A stretch of DNA of 64,000 nucleotides from contig JAXLYE010000002.1 in the NCBI GenBank assembly GCA_046351595.1, positions 1,368,022 through 1,432,021 of the forward strand, read 5' to 3'. The stretch comes from Polyangia bacterium (GTDB lineage: Bacteria; Myxococcota_A; Polyangia; Palsa-1104; JAEUJZ01). The notes beneath the pieces are model-generated. The model did no database searches. It was given only the letters and a program-made list of their open reading frames with translations, and was not told the DNA's origin. The first letter of the stretch is position 1; each line of letters begins with the position of its first letter. Of the stretch, positions 27,561-39,288 are shown in pieces. The translations under genes were made by a program, and so were the position numbers.

Positions 27561-28517
27561 GTGGCCACAATCCTCGTCTCAGGAATCGTCGGCGGGCTGG
27601 CGCAGCGGGTCGCGGCCCAGCTGCTCGCGGCCGGCCACCAGGTGATCGGCGTCGACTACCGCGAGATGCGCGGGGCGCTGCCGGGGGCGCTGGCGCAGCT
27701 CAAGGTCTACCGCGCCAACTACAACAAGACCATCATCGAGGACGTCTTCCGCCACCACGAGCTCGACGTGGTGCTGCACCTCGGCCGCGTCGGCAACCTC
27801 AAGGAGTCGGCGGGCAAGCGCTTCGACCTCAACGTCGTCGGCTCGCAGAAGATCATGAACCTGTGCGTGCAGCACGGCGTAAAGCGCCTCGTGGTGCTCT
27901 CGACGTTCCACATCTACGGCGCGCACCCGGCCAACCACATCCCGATCGCCGAGGACGAGCCGCTGCGCGCCGGGCTGCAGTTCCCGCAGATCGCCGACGC
28001 GATCCAGATGGACAACATGGCCAGCACCTGGGTGTGGCGACACCCCGAGGTGAAGACCATCGTGCTGCGGCCGACGAACATCATCGGACCGACGCTGCAC
28101 AACACGATGAGCCAGTTCCTGCGGCTTCAGCGCGCGCCGTACCTGCTCGGCTTCAACCCGATGACGCAGTTCATCCACGAGGACGACATGGCCTCGGCGA
28201 TCGTCGCCGCCGCGGTGAGCGAGCTGTGCGGCATCTACAACGTCGCCGGTCCGGACGTCGTCCCGTGGCGCACCGCGCTGAAGCTGGCGCGCGCCGTGCA
28301 GTTCCCGATCACCGAGGGGCTGGCGTCGCTGGTGATGCGCGCAACCGGCGGCTTCCCGCAGTACCTCATCAACTTCTTCCGCTACCCCTGCGTGATCACC
28401 GATCGCGCCTTCCGCACCCAGAGCGGCTGGGCGCCGCGCGTCGACATGGCAGAGACGCTGCGCTCCACCGTCGCTGGCGCCCGCCCGCCCGAGTTTACCG
28501 GGGCGGCGCCCGCCTAG
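27561..28517 (+). CDS. NAD-dependent epimerase/dehydratase family protein (SDR fold)
   Basis: N-terminal Rossmann fold ILVSGIVGGLAQRVAAQLL, with a YxxxK-type region. 318 aa, GTG start. Confidence 0.7.
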   Translation: MATILVSGIVGGLAQRVAAQLLAAGHQVIGVDYREMRGALPGALAQLKVYRANYNKTIIEDVFRHHELDVVLHLGRVGNLKESAGKRFDLNVVGSQKIMNLCVQHGVKRLVVLSTFHIYGAHPANHIPIAEDEPLRAGLQFPQIADAIQMDNMASTWVWRHPEVKTIVLRPTNIIGPTLHNTMSQFLRLQRAPYLLGFNPMTQFIHEDDMASAIVAAAVSELCGIYNVAGPDVVPWRTALKLARAVQFPITEGLASLVMRATGGFPQYLINFFRYPCVITDRAFRTQSGWAPRVDMAETLRSTVAGARPPEFTGAAPA

Positions 28518-28559
28518 CCCGCAACCTGCGAAAAACTTGAGAAGTCCCCGGGCGCGGCG

Positions 28560-28940
28560 ATGATGGCTGCGATGCCCGGAGCTCCCCAGAAGAGTCCAGC
28601 CCCGCCCCGCAGGAAGGCGGCGCGGGCACGGGCCGAGTCGCTGCGCGGCGCGGTCCTGTGGACGATCCGCCTGACGCTGGCCGCCGGTCTGGCGGTGCTG
28701 CTCGGCTACCTGCCGTACAAGCTGTACCTGCGCTCCGGGCTCTCGCAGTACGTGTCGCTGAAGGCGGAGCTCGCGCGGCTCATCGCCACCAACGAAGAGC
28801 TGCGGCAGCAGAACTCCGACCTGCGCGCCCAGCTCGCCCGCATCCAGGAGGACGACTCGGAGATCGAGCGCGTGGCGCGCGACGAGCTGGGCCTTTTGCG
28901 CATCGGCGAGCTGGTGTTCAAGGTGTCTCCCGAGGACTGA
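28560..28940 (+). CDS. ftsB: Septum formation initiator FtsB/DivIC-like (TM + coiled coil)
   Basis: TM helix AVLWTIRLTLAAGLAVLLGYLPY, followed by the coiled coil LKAELARLIATNEELRQQNSDLRAQLARIQ, then ...ELGLLRIGELVFKV. Confidence 0.6.
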   Translation: MMAAMPGAPQKSPAPPRRKAARARAESLRGAVLWTIRLTLAAGLAVLLGYLPYKLYLRSGLSQYVSLKAELARLIATNEELRQQNSDLRAQLARIQEDDSEIERVARDELGLLRIGELVFKVSPED

Positions 28941-29025
28941 GCGCGGCCCGGGCGAGCTACGGCGATCGGCCGGGCGGCCGTGAGCCGCGGCCGGCGATCC
29001 GGCGAGAAGGGAGCGAACAAGAGCC

Positions 29026-31428
29026 ATGAGCGACGGGATCTTCTCCTCCGGCAGGCTGCTGCGGAGGCTCCTCGAGCGCGCCGCCGGACCGGTGCTCTTC
29101 GGGCTGGGCCTGCTCGCGCTCGGCCTTGGGCGGCTCCGCGTCTCGCCGCTGCCGTCGAGCGGGCTTTTCCTGCTCGGCGCGCTGGGCGTGCTGCTCGGCG
29201 CGCGGCTGCGGCGGCTGCTCGGCGCCGGCGGCCTGGGCGGGCGGTTGCGGCTGCGGCTGCGCGTCGAGATCGGCGCCGCGCTGATCCTGCTCGGCAACGC
29301 CGCGGTGCAGCTCGGCGGCGGCACCGGATCGCTGCTGGCGCCGCTGCGCTACGCGGGCCTGGCGGCGCTGCTGTCGTACTACCGCGGCGCGAGCGCGCTC
29401 CTGCTCGGCGCCCTGGCGCTCGGCGGCGAGTCGCTGCTGCTCTACAGCGAGGGCGTGCGGCTGCCCGAGCGCTACCTGCTCGGCGGCGCGCTGGTCGTGG
29501 CGTTCGCGGCGCTGCGCACGCTGGTGCTGCGCGGCGAGCTGTGGCGGCAGCGCAGCGAGCACCGGCGCCGCGTCGCCGATGCCATCGCCGGCCTGCAGCG
29601 GCAGGCGCACGACTTCCGGCTGCTTTTGCCGCAGACCACGCGCGCCGCGTCGATCTCGGGCGAGGTGGCGGCGCTCTCTGAACTGCGCGGGGATCTGCGC
29701 GGCGACCTGCACGGGCCGGCGGGCGAGCGGTCCGAGCGCGTCGAGCCGCGCAGCCGTGCCGACGAGGAGGTGCTGCTGCTGCAGAGCGCGGTGGTGCTGG
29801 TTCGCCAGAACCTCGACGCGCTGGTCGGCCTGCTCAAGCGCGCGCTCGGCCTGCACACCTGCGCGGTGCTGTGGCTGCGCGAGGATCAGGCGGCGATGGA
29901 GATCGTCGCCGCGACCACCGACAGCGAGGCGTTCTCGGGGCGCGCCGTGCCGCCGGACGTCGGCATCGTCGGCACCGTGCTCAAGACCGAGCGGCCGCTG
30001 TGCCTGCGCGACCCCAAGCCGTCGCAGCTGCCGTACTACGACGGCCGCTCGCTGCAGCTCGAGGAGAGCGAGATCGCGGCGGTCTGCGCGGTGCCTCTGG
30101 TCGACGGCGGGCGCATCTGCGGCGTGCTCCTGGGCGATCGCGCGCGGCGGCGCTCGGCGCGGGCCGAGCAAACGGAGCGACTCGGGCGATCGGGGAGCCG
30201 GCCCGGCGAGGACACGGGCGAGGTCGCGCGCTTCACGCCCGCCGACGAGGCGATCCTCGCCGCGGCGGCGCCGCTCATCCTGCGCGCGCTGCAGTCCGAG
30301 CGCGTCTTCATCGACGTCGAGCGGCGGCAGTACTCGCACGAGCGGCTGCTCGACGCCTCGCGGCTGTTGAACGCGGCGCTCAAGCCGAGCGACGTGCACG
30401 CCGCCGCGCTCGATGCGGTGGCCGAGATCTGCCGCTACGACTTCGCGGCGCTGACGCGCATCGACGAGCTGACCGGCGCGCAGGTGGTGGTGGCCGCGGC
30501 CGGCGACCCGACGCTGTGCAAGGCGGTGCAGGACCTGCGCTTCTCCGACGGCTCGGGCCTGTGCGCGATGGCGGTGCGGCTGGGCCAGACGCTGCCGCCG
30601 GGCGGCCAGCTCTTCGATCGCGACGCGGTCGCCGTGGTCTTCGACGAGCGCGTGCGGCTGCGCGGCTACGCGTCGCTGGCCGTGGTGCCGCTGTCGCTCG
30701 GGCCGGCGACGCGCGGGGCGCTGGTGGTGGCCGGGCGCGGCGCCGAGATGCTGGCGCAGGGGCGGCTGGAGCTCTTGCAGGTGCTGGCCAACCAGATCGC
30801 GGTCTCGCTGGACAACGCGCGCATGGTCGGCGCGCTCGAGGCCATGGCCACCACCGACGGGCTCACCGGCCTGCTCAACCGCCGCGCGTTCAACGAGCGC
30901 TTCGCCGAGATGCAGCAGCGCGCCGAGCGCATGAGCCGCGAGCTGACGGTCGTGCTCTGCGACATCGACCACTTCAAGAAGATCAACGACACCTACGGCC
31001 ACCTCGTCGGCGACGAGGTGCTGCGGCGGGTGGCGGGCGTGGTCGGCCAGCAGCTGCGCAAGGTCGACCTGGCGGCGCGCTACGGCGGCGAGGAGTTCGC
31101 GCTGGTGCTCGAGGCCACCGCGGCCGAGGGCGGTCGCCAGCTGGCGGAGCGGGTGCGCGCCGAGATCAAGCGCCTGGCCTTCGCCGCCGAGGCGCCCAGC
31201 TCGGCCGGCGCGGCGGACGGGGCGGGCGCGCAGGCGGGCGTCGCGACCCACGGGGCGGTCTTCGGCTGCACGCTGTCGCTCGGCATCGCCACGTTCCCGG
31301 GCGACGGTCGCGACGGCGCGGCGCTGCTCGAGCGCGCGGATCAGGCGCTCTACTACGCCAAGCGGCACGGCCGCGATCAGGCCGTCGCCTACCGCGACGT
31401 CGCCGAGGCGATCAAGAGCGCCGCCTGA
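29026..31428 (+). CDS. Membrane-anchored GAF-GAF-GGDEF diguanylate cyclase
   Basis: Multi-TM N-terminus and two GAF-like regions. The C-terminal cyclase domain is LTGLLNRRAFNERF...LCDIDHFKKINDTYGHLVGDEVL...RYGGEEFALVL, with an RxxD I-site-like motif upstream. Confidence 0.8.
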   Translation: MSDGIFSSGRLLRRLLERAAGPVLFGLGLLALGLGRLRVSPLPSSGLFLLGALGVLLGARLRRLLGAGGLGGRLRLRLRVEIGAALILLGNAAVQLGGGTGSLLAPLRYAGLAALLSYYRGASALLLGALALGGESLLLYSEGVRLPERYLLGGALVVAFAALRTLVLRGELWRQRSEHRRRVADAIAGLQRQAHDFRLLLPQTTRAASISGEVAALSELRGDLRGDLHGPAGERSERVEPRSRADEEVLLLQSAVVLVRQNLDALVGLLKRALGLHTCAVLWLREDQAAMEIVAATTDSEAFSGRAVPPDVGIVGTVLKTERPLCLRDPKPSQLPYYDGRSLQLEESEIAAVCAVPLVDGGRICGVLLGDRARRRSARAEQTERLGRSGSRPGEDTGEVARFTPADEAILAAAAPLILRALQSERVFIDVERRQYSHERLLDASRLLNAALKPSDVHAAALDAVAEICRYDFAALTRIDELTGAQVVVAAAGDPTLCKAVQDLRFSDGSGLCAMAVRLGQTLPPGGQLFDRDAVAVVFDERVRLRGYASLAVVPLSLGPATRGALVVAGRGAEMLAQGRLELLQVLANQIAVSLDNARMVGALEAMATTDGLTGLLNRRAFNERFAEMQQRAERMSRELTVVLCDIDHFKKINDTYGHLVGDEVLRRVAGVVGQQLRKVDLAARYGGEEFALVLEATAAEGGRQLAERVRAEIKRLAFAAEAPSSAGAADGAGAQAGVATHGAVFGCTLSLGIATFPGDGRDGAALLERADQALYYAKRHGRDQAVAYRDVAEAIKSAA

Positions 31429-31556
31429 TCGCTCTGGCGATCGGTTCAGTGATCGCTGCGGCGATCGGAACCTCAGCCTGATCGCTTGCGGTGATCGCTT
31501 TGGCGATCAGCCGCCCGATCGCTGCCCGCTCCGCCCGGCGCGTCGGGCGCCAGCGC

Positions 31557-32060
31557 TCATGGTCGCCGCTTGAGCAGGCGCAGGCGCGACGTGGTCTCGG
31601 CGACGTGCTCGCGCCAGGTGTGATCGCGCTCCGCGGCCTTGCGCAGGGCGGTGCGGACCTGGGCCAGGCCCTCGGCGCCGCCGAGCTTGGGGTCGTCGAT
31701 GACGCGCACCGCGGTGCGGCAGGCGTCGATGAGGTCCTCGATGATGGTGCGGTACTCGGTCGCCAGCACCGTGACCTCGCTGGTGCGGCTGGCGCGCAGC
31801 GGCGCCTCGGCGAGCCGGCGCAGCTTGACCAGATCCGGAGTCAGCTCGTCGACGAGCATGCGGCGCGCCTCGGCCGCGGTCAGGCTGCGCGCGGCGAGCA
31901 GGCTCTCGATGCGGCGCACGATCGGCGCCTGCACCTGATCGAGCGCCGGCACGTCCACCTCGACGTAGCGCATGAGCTCCGTCTGCTCGTCGCTGCGGTG
32001 GTAGCGCTGGTACAGGTAGACGCCGCTCGTCGCGAGCATCGCGACGATACCGAGCCGCAT
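31557..32060 (-). CDS. Hypothetical membrane-anchored protein (167 aa)
   Basis: Start MRLGIVAMLATSGVYLY (N-terminal TM). The remainder is Arg/Leu-rich and helical. The upstream part of the track ORF is a shadow. Confidence 0.4.
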   Translation of the reverse strand: MRLGIVAMLATSGVYLYQRYHRSDEQTELMRYVEVDVPALDQVQAPIVRRIESLLAARSLTAAEARRMLVDELTPDLVKLRRLAEAPLRASRTSEVTVLATEYRTIIEDLIDACRTAVRVIDDPKLGGAEGLAQVRTALRKAAERDHTWREHVAETTSRLRLLKRRP

Positions 32061-32170
32061 GAACCAGAGCAGCGGCCTGTTCAGGTTGACCGGGCGCCGC
32101 TGCAGCCCGAGCTCGTCCCCGGGATCGTCGGGCCCGGGGCGCACCTGCAGCTCGCTGTCGCCGTCGCCGC

Positions 32171-33079
32171 TCACGCCGGCTCCGGGATCGGGCCCTGCGC
32201 GCCGGGGGTCCGCACCCGCCGATCGAGGAAGCTGGCGATGACCTCGGTGACCTCGGACGGCCGCTCGATCGGCGCGGTGTGCGTGCCCTGCTCGACGACG
32301 TAGAGCTCGGCCCCCGGGATCTCGCGCTTCATCTCTTCGGACAGCGCCATCGGCGTGAACGAGTCGTTGCGACCGGCGAGGATCAGCGTCGGTACGCCGA
32401 TCCCGGGCAGGAGCTCGCGGGCGTTGTGCTGGCCGGCGGCGGAAAGCGCCGCGACGAACATGCGCGGGTCCATGCGCGAGATCCCCTCGAGGTACGGGAA
32501 GAAGTCCTCGCGCTGGATGAGGGCGCCGTTGATCTCGATCTTCTGCGCCAAAAGGTACGAGAGCTCCGTCGGCAGCATGTGCTTCCACAGCGCGCCGACC
32601 AGCCGCGGCAGCCGCGTCACCGTCGCGCGCACCAGCGGCAGGAGCTCGGCGAGCGTGTCCTTGCCCTTGAAGGTCCGCAGCGGGTTGCCGTAGCTGCCGC
32701 AGATCAGCACCAGGCCGGCGACCCGCTCGGGCGCCTTGTGGTAGGTCTCGAGCGCCACCTGCACGCCCATCGAGTGGCCGATGAGCACCGCGCGCTCGCA
32801 CTCGCAGGTATCAAGGACGGTCAGCGCGTCGCTGACGAAGTCCGACAGGGTGATGCGGCCGAGGTCCTCGGGCAGCGGCGATCGTCCGTGGCCGCGGTAG
32901 TGGAAGTGGATGATGCGGTAGTGCTCGGCGAGCGCCCACTGCAGGTACTTCCAGACGTAGCCGTCGCAGCCCAGCCCGTCGCACAGCAGCAGCGTCGGGG
33001 CGGGCGGCGCGAGGCCCATGACCTCAAAAAAAACGGCGGCGCCGTCCCGGCCAAGGGCCAGGCCGCTGCGCCGCCGCAT
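32171..33079 (-). CDS. Alpha/beta-hydrolase fold protein
   Basis: Nucleophile elbow GHSMGV (G-x-S-x-G), with an HFHYRGHGRS oxyanion region. Start inferred at MRRRSGLALGRDGAAVFFEV. Confidence 0.7.
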   Translation of the reverse strand: MRRRSGLALGRDGAAVFFEVMGLAPPAPTLLLCDGLGCDGYVWKYLQWALAEHYRIIHFHYRGHGRSPLPEDLGRITLSDFVSDALTVLDTCECERAVLIGHSMGVQVALETYHKAPERVAGLVLICGSYGNPLRTFKGKDTLAELLPLVRATVTRLPRLVGALWKHMLPTELSYLLAQKIEINGALIQREDFFPYLEGISRMDPRMFVAALSAAGQHNARELLPGIGVPTLILAGRNDSFTPMALSEEMKREIPGAELYVVEQGTHTAPIERPSEVTEVIASFLDRRVRTPGAQGPIPEPA

Positions 33080-33116
33080 CGCTTCCACCGAGGGGTCGCG
33101 CGGGGACAAGCTCAGG

Positions 33117-33323
33117 TTAGGGCTCGTTCTTGCCGCGCTCGTCTTCCTCTCCAGGGAACTCATTCACCGACGGATACTTCAGAATCTCTTTGCGAGCAAT
33201 CTTCCACGCCTTCTGCACGATCCACGACAGCGAGCGGTCCTGCCGGGCCGCCTCCTCCTGGATCTCCTTCAGCATGTCCTCGGGGAAGTAAAGGCTCTGC
33301 TTGCGCTTGTCCGAACCAGCCAT
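33117..33323 (-). CDS. Ribbon-helix-helix (CopG-like) small DNA-binding protein, 68 aa
   Basis: MAGSDKRKQSLYFPEDMLKEIQEEAARQDRSLSWIVQKAWKIARKEI is an RHH beta-alpha-alpha pattern. Confidence 0.55.
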   Translation of the reverse strand: MAGSDKRKQSLYFPEDMLKEIQEEAARQDRSLSWIVQKAWKIARKEILKYPSVNEFPGEEDERGKNEP

Positions 33324-33762
33324 GGGGCCTCCAGATGATGTGCTCACGTTAGCTCTCTTGAGTGCGGGGTGGGTAGCGCTTGAACCGGATGCAAACCAGT
33401 TAGCTACTTTACAGTAACAATAGAGCCTACCGCGAAGTGGATTGTCAAGCGTCTCGCAAGCTTAACCGTATTGTTGGGCCGCCGATCCCCTGTTCTCAGT
33501 CGGGGGTTCCCCTCGCTCCGCCCTGCTACGGCGAGTTCTCAACCTCAGCCGTAGCCCGGCCGCGGTCGGGTCTGCCGCAGCCCCCTGCACCCGCGCCGCT
33601 TGCCGCACCCCGCATCCGCAGCCGCTCCGCAGCCGCCTTGGCACCCGCATCACCCACAGACGCCAGATGTCGCCGAGGTCGCCGGCGTCGCAGGCATTGC
33701 CAAGGTTGACGATCGGGTCCTTCCGTCTGAGGGATGCCAGCCTGGCCGCGAATCCTGCTACC

Positions 33763-34611
33763 ATGCGCGCCGTGACGAAGCCAGTGTCTCAGGCGAGCCG
33801 GGCGGGCCACTCGGGCCCGGCAGACTCGCGCCGCCGCTCCGAGCCCCCCCGGGCGGACTCTCCTCGGGCGGACTCTGCATCGGCGCCCGCTCCGGCGGAG
33901 GCGGCTCCGGTCGTGGGCTCGGGCCCGGTGGACGCGGGCACGGGCTCGCCGGGCGGCGGCGACGGCCGGGTGTCGCGCGCGCGCCGCCTGCGCGAGGAGC
34001 GCAGCGCCCAGATCCAGGGCGTGGCCCGCCAGCTCTTCGCCGAGCGCGGCTACCACGGCACCAAGCTGCAGGACATCCTCGACGCCGCTGGCATCGCGCG
34101 CGGGACGTTCTACCTGCACTTTGACGGCAAGCGCGCGGTGTTCGACCACCTGGTCGACGACTTCCTGGCCCACATCCGCGCGGTGGTGACGCCGGTCGAC
34201 GTCGGCCCCGGTGCGCCGTCGCCGCTCACGCAGATCGAGGAGAACCTCTTGCGGGTGACCACGGTCCTGTACGACCACCGCGATCTCACCCGCATCGTGC
34301 TCTTGTCCGCCGAGGGCCTCGACGCCGAGGCGGACGCCAAGATGGCCGACTTCTACGGCAAGCTGCACCAGCTTTTGGCCACCGCGTTCGAGCGCGGCCA
34401 GCACATGCGCCTTTTGCGCCCGTGCGACGCCCAGGTCGTGGCCCACGCCGCCCTCGGCAGCCTCAAGGAGGTCGCGCTGCAGTGGATCGTCAGGCAGCGC
34501 GACGGGCGGCCGCGCGGGGGCCCGGCTGGGAGCGACCGCGCCCAGCTCGTGCACGTGTGCCGCGAGGTGCTCGCCTACGGCCTGTACGGCCTGTTCCGCA
34601 CGGACGGCTGA
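33763..34611 (+). CDS. TetR/AcrR family transcriptional regulator
   Basis: [41 protein letters not shown] is the TetR N-terminal signature. Start inferred at ATG 33763. Confidence 0.7.
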   Translation: MRAVTKPVSQASRAGHSGPADSRRRSEPPRADSPRADSASAPAPAEAAPVVGSGPVDAGTGSPGGGDGRVSRARRLREERSAQIQGVARQLFAERGYHGTKLQDILDAAGIARGTFYLHFDGKRAVFDHLVDDFLAHIRAVVTPVDVGPGAPSPLTQIEENLLRVTTVLYDHRDLTRIVLLSAEGLDAEADAKMADFYGKLHQLLATAFERGQHMRLLRPCDAQVVAHAALGSLKEVALQWIVRQRDGRPRGGPAGSDRAQLVHVCREVLAYGLYGLFRTDG

Positions 34612-34715
34612 GCAAGGACCCTGGAGCGCAGCCACGCCCGCACCTGAAACAGCAACACCGACCCGGCGCTCGCGCCGGCGCTCTCGTCTCGAAGGACGGT
34701 CAAACGAAGGAACCC

Positions 34716-36392
<1,677 letters not shown>

Positions 36393-36656
36393 AAAACCCA
36401 GCGGGCCGCGGGCCTCGCTGCCGCCGGGCCGCCGGTCCAGCGGGCTGCGCCCGACGGTCACTCCGGTACGGGCCGGTGCGGGCCGGTGCGGGGCCCCTCC
36501 CTTTTTTGTCGGGCGCGCCGTACAACTTGGCAGCGCGCGGCGCCCGCCTGCCCGCTCGCCGGAGCGACCTCCGCGAAGCCCGGCGCCCTTATCCGGCGTG
36601 CCGGCGCCCCGGTCCTCCTCTTCAGTCCTTCGTCTTTAGTCCAAGGAGAAAGCGCC

Positions 36657-37046
36657 ATGCGAAACACGAACCTCAGTGCCCTGCTCCTCTCGGGGATGGC
36701 GGCTTGCGCCGGGCTCTCCGGCTGCGGCCCGTACAAGGGCACCGCGACGGCCTTCCTGAGCTGGCACATCGTCGACCCGCGCGATCCCGACCCGCTGACC
36801 GCGCCGCAGTACTCGTGCGAGCAGAAGAGCGTGGCGACGGTGCGCCTGCTGCTGTCGAACAACGAGCTGTTCGACTTCCCGTGCAACCGCTACGTCGGCG
36901 AGACGACGACGCCGGTGCCGGCGGGCAACTACACCGTCGACGTGCTGGCCATCGGCTACAACGGCCTGGTGCTGTCGCAGCAGCGCTTCACCGCGCGCCT
37001 GTTCGGCCGCACCGACCTCGGGCACATCATCTTCCAGAGCTACTAG
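36657..37046 (+). CDS. Small lipoprotein (129 aa)
   Basis: AAGGAG RBS, signal peptide MRNTNLSALLLSGMAACAGLSGC with an LSGC lipobox. Confidence 0.5.
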   Translation: MRNTNLSALLLSGMAACAGLSGCGPYKGTATAFLSWHIVDPRDPDPLTAPQYSCEQKSVATVRLLLSNNELFDFPCNRYVGETTTPVPAGNYTVDVLAIGYNGLVLSQQRFTARLFGRTDLGHIIFQSY

Positions 37047-37145
37047 GCACAGCCACTAGACCGAGTCTCGTCCGCTCTCCTCCGGCGGCGGCGCGGCTTG
37101 CGTCCGGCCGGCGTCTGTGTGACGGTCCCGCCGCAAGGAGGAGCA

Positions 37146-38489
37146 ATGACCCGGCGGACCCCGCTTCTGTGTTTGGCGCTCGCCCCGACGCTGCTGAGCT
37201 GTTTTGTGGCCGGCTGCAAGCGCGACGAGGGGCCGGTCGACATGTCGGATCCCATGGACCAGGCGGTCTCGGACCTGGGCCGACCCGACCTCGGCCCGAG
37301 CGATCTGGCGTCGCCGCCGGACCAGGGCGCGGACCTGTCGACCAGGTCTGATCTCGGCGGGCCCGATCTCGGCGGGCCGGCGGACCTCGGCGGGCCGGCG
37401 GATCTGCGCGGGCCGGCGGACCTCGGCGGGCCGCCGACGGATCTGGCGGTGCCGCCGGACCTGCCGGTGCCCGGGGATCTGGGCGGCGGCACGGACCTGG
37501 CGGTGCCGCCCTTGGATCTGCCGGTGCCCGGGGACCTGCGCGGGGCGACGGACCTCGCGATCGGCGCGGACCTGCTCGCGCCGCTGTGCCGCGGGGACAG
37601 CGCGCCCGGGACGATGCGGCGCTTTGCGACCAGCGCGCTCAAGCTCCCGACCACCGCCGCCCCCGCCGCGATCGACCTCGACGGAGACGGGCGCGCCGAG
37701 AACCAGCTCAAGAACATCCTCAGCGCCATCAGCACGCTCGGCATGGACCCGCAGGTGCAGGTGGACGACGCGGTCCGCGGCGGCCAGCTCGTATACCTCC
37801 TGGGCCTCAAGAGCACGTCGCTCGACACGAGCTGCGCCGGCCTCTTGATGAACCGCGCGCTGCCGACCGCGGCGCCGCCCGCCTACGACGGCAGCGACGT
37901 GTTCACGCCGGCGCTGGCGGCGAGCGCGGTGTTCGGCGCGAGCGTGCCGATGGGGCAGCTCGGCACCACGCTGCCCAAGGACCTCAAGGCCGCCGACGAG
38001 GCGACGCTGCCGCTGGCGGTGCCGCTGGGGCCGATGATGGTGACGCTGCCGCTGCGCGGCGTGCACGTGCAGGGCCGGGTCCAGCTCGTCGCCGGCAAGC
38101 CGACGATCAGCGACGGCCAGATCCACGGCGCGGTCGCGGTCACCGACCTCGATCGGGTCGTCTACCCGTCGCTGGCCGCCTCGGTGACGGCGCTGATCAA
38201 CGGCGACCCGATGTCCTCGACCACGCGCACCCTCATCAGCCTGTTCGAGACCTCGACCAGCCCGGTCAGCGTCGCAAAGTGCATGGTCGCGCGGGACTGC
38301 TGCAAGACCAGCCCCAGCACCTGCAAGATCCTGCCGCAGGAGGTGAAGGACTCGGTCGTGGGCTCGCTGTTCGCGCCGGACGTCGAGGTCCTGAACGCCA
38401 CGGGCCAGTGGGAGCCGGTGCGCGGCGGCACGAGCAAGGACGCGATGTCCGTCGGCATCGGCTTCAGCGCCGTGCAGGCGGCGTTCTAG
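37146..38489 (+). CDS. Lipoprotein with tandem (P)DLGG/PADLGG peptide repeats
   Basis: Signal plus lipobox MTRRTPLLCLALAPTLLSCFVAGC. Residues 60-150 are iterated SDLGGPDLGGPADLGGPADLRGPADLGGPP, encoded by near-identical 18-bp DNA repeats around 37352-37447. Confidence 0.55.
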   Translation: MTRRTPLLCLALAPTLLSCFVAGCKRDEGPVDMSDPMDQAVSDLGRPDLGPSDLASPPDQGADLSTRSDLGGPDLGGPADLGGPADLRGPADLGGPPTDLAVPPDLPVPGDLGGGTDLAVPPLDLPVPGDLRGATDLAIGADLLAPLCRGDSAPGTMRRFATSALKLPTTAAPAAIDLDGDGRAENQLKNILSAISTLGMDPQVQVDDAVRGGQLVYLLGLKSTSLDTSCAGLLMNRALPTAAPPAYDGSDVFTPALAASAVFGASVPMGQLGTTLPKDLKAADEATLPLAVPLGPMMVTLPLRGVHVQGRVQLVAGKPTISDGQIHGAVAVTDLDRVVYPSLAASVTALINGDPMSSTTRTLISLFETSTSPVSVAKCMVARDCCKTSPSTCKILPQEVKDSVVGSLFAPDVEVLNATGQWEPVRGGTSKDAMSVGIGFSAVQAAF

Positions 38490-38522
38490 CGGCCAGCGGC
38501 CTGCTCGACCTCTGCGAGACGG

Positions 38523-39254
38523 CTACTCGGCGCTCTCGCGCAGGCGGTAGCCGACGCCGCGCTCGGTCTCGATGAGATCGACCGGGGCGCCGGCCGCCTG
38601 CAGCTTCTTGCGCAGCGCCTTGATGTGCGCGTCGATGGTGCGGTCGGTAACGACGTAGCCCTCGCCAAAGATGCGGTCGAGCAGCTGCTGTCGGCTGAAC
38701 ACGCGCTCGGGCATGCTGGCGAGCACGCGCAAGAGCTCGAACTCGGTGCGCGTCAGGTCGAGCAGCTGGCCCTTGTACGTGGCGCGGCGCGTCTCGATGT
38801 CGATGCACAGCGGCGTCAGCCGGCCCGAGGTCCGGCCCGAGTGCGCGGTGGCGGCGCTCTGCGTCGGGGCGCCGGGCTCGGCGAGGCCGCCGCTGCCGCT
38901 CGAGCGCCGCAGCACGGCACGGATGCGCGCGACGACCTCACGCGGCGAGAAGGGCTTGACGACGTAGTCATCGGCGCCGCCCTCCAGCCCCGCGACCCGA
39001 TCCGCCTCCTCGTCGCGGCTCGACAGCACGATGACCGGGGTGCGCCGCCCGGCGCCGCGCAGCTCGGCCAAGAGGTCGAAGCCCGAGCCGTCGGGCAGCA
39101 TCAGATCGAGCACGATCAGGTCGCAGTCACGCGCCGCCCGCCGCGCCGCGCTCAGGCTGCCGGCGTGGTTCACCGCGAAGCCGTCGCGCTTGAGCGCGAA
39201 CTCCAGCGACTCGGCGATGGCCCGCTCGTCTTCGACCAGCAGCACGCGGATCAT
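38523..39254 (-). CDS. OmpR-family two-component response regulator (receiver + winged helix)
   Basis: MIRVLLVEDE...DLIVLDLMLPDGSGFDLL...DYVVKPF, then ...LTRTEFELLRVLA...GVGYRL. Confidence 0.85.
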   Translation of the reverse strand: MIRVLLVEDERAIAESLEFALKRDGFAVNHAGSLSAARRAARDCDLIVLDLMLPDGSGFDLLAELRGAGRRTPVIVLSSRDEEADRVAGLEGGADDYVVKPFSPREVVARIRAVLRRSSGSGGLAEPGAPTQSAATAHSGRTSGRLTPLCIDIETRRATYKGQLLDLTRTEFELLRVLASMPERVFSRQQLLDRIFGEGYVVTDRTIDAHIKALRKKLQAAGAPVDLIETERGVGYRLRESAE

Positions 39255-39288
39255 CGACCGCCCCTGCGCGCCTAGCAGGCCCGCTGGA

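Noticed and set aside
28957-31368. 803-aa minus ORF opposite the GAF-GGDEF gene
   Set aside because: Shadow ORF. The plus strand carries an unambiguous GGDEF domain.
31491-32303. 270-aa plus-strand ORF overlapping the minus-strand hypothetical (31557-32060) and the hydrolase gene end
   Set aside because: Ala/Arg/Gly-rich shadow. The minus strand has a TM-anchored start with a coding-like composition.
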